A DNA stretch of 40,977 nt from a virus (taxonomy: Duplodnaviria; Heunggongvirae; Uroviricota; Caudoviricetes). Below are positions 38,336 to 40,977 of the stretch, in pieces; position 1 is the stretch's first letter; each line of letters opens with the position of its first letter. The stretch lies in IMG/VR virus record IMGVR_UViG_2563366910_000001; one strand, 5' to 3'. The notes under the pieces were generated by a model. The model was not told where the DNA came from and ran no database searches. It worked only from the letters and a program-made list of their open reading frames with translations. A program made the position numbers and the translations under genes.

Positions 38336-40396
38336 ATGGCAGTACAGATTTCAGGCGTGCTGAAAGACGGTGCAGGAAAACCGATACAGAACTGCACCAT
38401 TCAGCTCAAAGCAAAACGTAACAGCACCACGGTTGTGGTGAACACGGTGGCCTCAGAAAATCCGGATGAAGCCGGACGTTACAGCATGGATGTCGAGTAT
38501 GGCCAGTACAGCGTTATCCTGCTGGTTGAAGGTTTTCCGCCTTCACATGCCGGGGCCATCACCGTGTATGAGGATTCTAAGCCGGGGACATTGAATGATT
38601 TTCTGGGCGCTGCAACAGAAGATGATGTTCGTCCGGAGGCACTGTATCGTTTTGAAAAGATGGTGGAAGAGGTGGCACGCAACGCTGAAGCCGCCTCTCA
38701 GAGCGCAGCGGCAGCAAAGAAATCAGAAACAGCAGCGGCATCGTCCAGGAATGCGGCGAAAACATCAGAGACGAATGCAGGTAACAGCGCGAAAGCGGCA
38801 GCTTCTTCAAAAACAGCCGCACAAAACGCAGCAACAGCGGCAGAACGTTCAGAGACAAATGCCCGTGCGTCAGAAGAAGCCTCCGCAGACAGTGAAGAGG
38901 CTTCCCGCCGTAATGCAGAGTCAGCCGCTGAAAATGCCGGAGTCGCCACCACAAAAGCGCGGGAGGCCGCAGCAGACGCAACAAAGGCCGGGCAGAAAAA
39001 GGATGAGGCTCTGTCGGCAGCGACACGGGCTGAAAAGGCGGCAGACCGCGCAGAAGTCGCAGCGGAAGTGACTGCAGAGCCCTATGCGAATATAGTGCCG
39101 CCGCTGCCTGATGTGTGGATACCGTTTAACGATTCACTGGATATGATTGCGGGTTTTTCTCCGGGCTATAAAAAAATAGCTATTGGTGACGATGTGGTTC
39201 AGGTCGCCAGTGATAAACAGGTTAATTTCAGTCGCGCATCAACGGCAACATATATCAACAAATCTGGCGAACTGAAAACGGCGGAAATTAATGAGCCGCG
39301 ATTTGAGTGTGATGGCCTGCTTATTGAGGGACAAAGAACGAACTACATGCTCAATTCGGAAAGTCCAGCCAGCTGGGGGAAGTCATCAAACATGGATGTG
39401 CCCGAAACCGGGACAGATAGTTTTGGTTTTACTTATGGAAAGTTTGTCTGCAACGATTCTCTGGTTGGGCAAACTTCGGCTATTAATATGGCATCAATTG
39501 CTGCAACAAAGTCAGTTGATGTCTCAGGCGATAACAAGTACGTGACAACCTCATGCCGTTTTAAAACAGAACGACAGGTAAGGTTACGTATACGGTTTGA
39601 TAAGTATGATGGTAGTGCAACAACTTTTCTTGGCGATGCGTACATTGATACGCAAACGCTTGAAATTAATATGACAGGTGGGGCTGCCGGCAGAATTACG
39701 GCACGAGTCAGGAAGGATAAGACCACAGGCTGGATTTTTGCAGAGGCAACGATTCAGGCAATTGATGGTGAGTTAAAAATAGGCTCTCAGATACAGTATT
39801 CTCCTGAGCGGGGTGGGGCAACAGTATCTGGTGACTATATTTATCTTGCCACCCCACAAGTAGAGAATGGGCCGTGTGTATCATCATTTATTATTTCAGG
39901 AGGCAGCGCAACGACAAGAGCCAGTGATTTGGTTAGTATCCCCACCAGAAATAATCTTTATAAGTTACCATTTACTTTTTTACTTGAGATTCATAAAAAC
40001 TGGGATATTGCACCAAACGCCGCACCCCGCGTGTGGGATATAGCAGCAGCCAATACCGGGCAATCAGCAATTGCAGCAATCAACAGAGGTAGTGGTAAGT
40101 TATATATGAGTCTGTCAAACCCTTCAGGCTTGTATGTTAATAGCGCAGCGACAGATGTATTTGCAGAGAAAACCACATTTGGATGTATTGCAAAAGCTGA
40201 TGGTCACTTTCATGTGGTGACAAATGGTAAAGCGGTTAATGAAGTTTATTGTGAATATAATGGTGTGACCGCTGATAAAAATATCCGATTTGGAGGGCAG
40301 ACGAATACTGGAGAACGACATCTGTTTGGCCATATTCGCAATTTCCGCATATGGCATAAAGAATTAAATGACAGGCAATTAAAAGAGGTCGTATGA
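38336..40396 (+). CDS. stf: Side tail fibre protein (Stf-like N-terminus, lectin-like C-terminal domain)
   Basis: ATG at 38336 with GGAG 5 nt upstream. The N-terminal ~100 aa match recalled lambda Stf (ISGVLKDGAGKPIQNCTIQLKAKRNSTTVVVNT...), then an Ala/Ser/Glu-rich repeat shaft. The C-terminal region ends ...FGHIRNFRIWHKELNDRQLKEV, resembling the terminal motif of concanavalin-A/LamG-like jelly-roll domains. Confidence 0.8.
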   Translation: MAVQISGVLKDGAGKPIQNCTIQLKAKRNSTTVVVNTVASENPDEAGRYSMDVEYGQYSVILLVEGFPPSHAGAITVYEDSKPGTLNDFLGAATEDDVRPEALYRFEKMVEEVARNAEAASQSAAAAKKSETAAASSRNAAKTSETNAGNSAKAAASSKTAAQNAATAAERSETNARASEEASADSEEASRRNAESAAENAGVATTKAREAAADATKAGQKKDEALSAATRAEKAADRAEVAAEVTAEPYANIVPPLPDVWIPFNDSLDMIAGFSPGYKKIAIGDDVVQVASDKQVNFSRASTATYINKSGELKTAEINEPRFECDGLLIEGQRTNYMLNSESPASWGKSSNMDVPETGTDSFGFTYGKFVCNDSLVGQTSAINMASIAATKSVDVSGDNKYVTTSCRFKTERQVRLRIRFDKYDGSATTFLGDAYIDTQTLEINMTGGAAGRITARVRKDKTTGWIFAEATIQAIDGELKIGSQIQYSPERGGATVSGDYIYLATPQVENGPCVSSFIISGGSATTRASDLVSIPTRNNLYKLPFTFLLEIHKNWDIAPNAAPRVWDIAAANTGQSAIAAINRGSGKLYMSLSNPSGLYVNSAATDVFAEKTTFGCIAKADGHFHVVTNGKAVNEVYCEYNGVTADKNIRFGGQTNTGERHLFGHIRNFRIWHKELNDRQLKEVV

Positions 40397-40671
40397 AAGA
40401 TTTAACTTTGAAGTTTCATGACAAACTGCAGTTTAAGGCCTTCCTGTCATCTCTTGACTGGGAGGAGGATGAAGACCTCCAGAATAAACTGTTAGTCGAT
40501 GAAATTGGTTTCACCTACACAGAAACAGGGGTAACAGAAGAGGGAGAACCTGTCTGTGTCCGGAATGACGGTTATTTTGTCAACATTCGCATTCTTGATG
40601 ACTTGTTTGATGTTTCTGTATTCTCTGATTATGTCGTGGAGCTGGAAACACCGCTTCGGGAATGGAGCTGA
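40393..40671 (+). CDS. Hypothetical acidic protein (92 aa), translationally coupled to the tail fibre gene
   Basis: ATG overlaps the stf stop (ATGA). Acidic protein with no recognised motif; occupies the position where a tail fibre assembly chaperone (Tfa) is usually found but is shorter and unlike Tfa as recalled. Confidence 0.45.
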   Translation: MKDLTLKFHDKLQFKAFLSSLDWEEDEDLQNKLLVDEIGFTYTETGVTEEGEPVCVRNDGYFVNIRILDDLFDVSVFSDYVVELETPLREWS

Positions 40672-40683
40672 AAGGAGGAAATA

Positions 40684-40977
40684 ATGGATATAAGCCCCTT
40701 ACTTCATGCGCTTTGTGCTGTGGCTGCGCAGATACTGGTTGGTCTTTTTACCGGAAACTGGGCTTACGGAGCGATAGCCGGTTGTACGTTCTTCATTGCG
40801 CGTGAACATACCCAGGCAGAATATCGCTGGATTGAAATGTTCGGGCATGGCAAGCGAATGAATATGCCGTGGTGGGGCGGTTTTGATCCGCGAGCTTGGG
40901 ATGTGGCAAGCCTGATGGATTTTGCTGTGCCGGTGGTGGCGTGTCTGCTGGTCTGGCTGTTGGTTAATCGTGGGTGA
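40684..40977 (+). CDS. Hypothetical small membrane protein (97 aa)
   Basis: Complete ORF (stop at 40975-40977) with GGAGG 4 nt upstream of the ATG and two predicted hydrophobic helices (LCAVAAQILVGLF; FAVPVVACLLVWLLV). Confidence 0.4.
   Translation: MDISPLLHALCAVAAQILVGLFTGNWAYGAIAGCTFFIAREHTQAEYRWIEMFGHGKRMNMPWWGGFDPRAWDVASLMDFAVPVVACLLVWLLVNRG

Noticed and set aside
38577-39071. Overlapping ORFs (158 aa on plus, 149 aa on minus) within the side tail fibre gene
   Set aside because: They come from the Ala/Ser/Glu-rich repeat region of stf read in alternative frames, with very biased composition (Arg/Gln-rich). The stf frame is the only one with homology.

Overview
This window is a nearly complete lambdoid prophage in an E. 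coli/Shigella-type background, running from the integrase stop codon at position 1 to the side tail fibre region at the right edge. Order: int-xis and early-left accessory genes (minus strand), an IS911 copy (4174..5423), a sieB-like gene, an N-like antiterminator with nutL, a two-gene cassette of unknown function immediately downstream of cI (the rexAB position of lambda), cI/OR/cro, nutR, cII, O (with ori iterons), P, ren, a nin region carrying a Dam-type methyltransferase and rusA, Q, an antisense OmpC-family porin (nmpC/Lc-like), a phage-21-type lysis cassette (holin, SAR endolysin, Rz/Rz1), bor, cos, and a lambda-like head and tail module Nu1 through J, ending with a side tail fibre and two small ORFs. 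Protein identifications rest on recalled lambda/DLP12 sequences and synteny, not on any search I could run. The strongest candidate for an undescribed system is the AT-rich, translationally coupled gene pair at 6765..8071 that sits between cI and pL, a locus where lysogen-expressed anti-phage systems are found. Other leads are the IS911 insertion without a target-site duplication (with recombination/kil genes apparently absent), a TonB-C-like lipoprotein near cos, and a side tail fibre with a lectin-like C-terminus followed by two unassigned ORFs. The attachment site lies outside the window.
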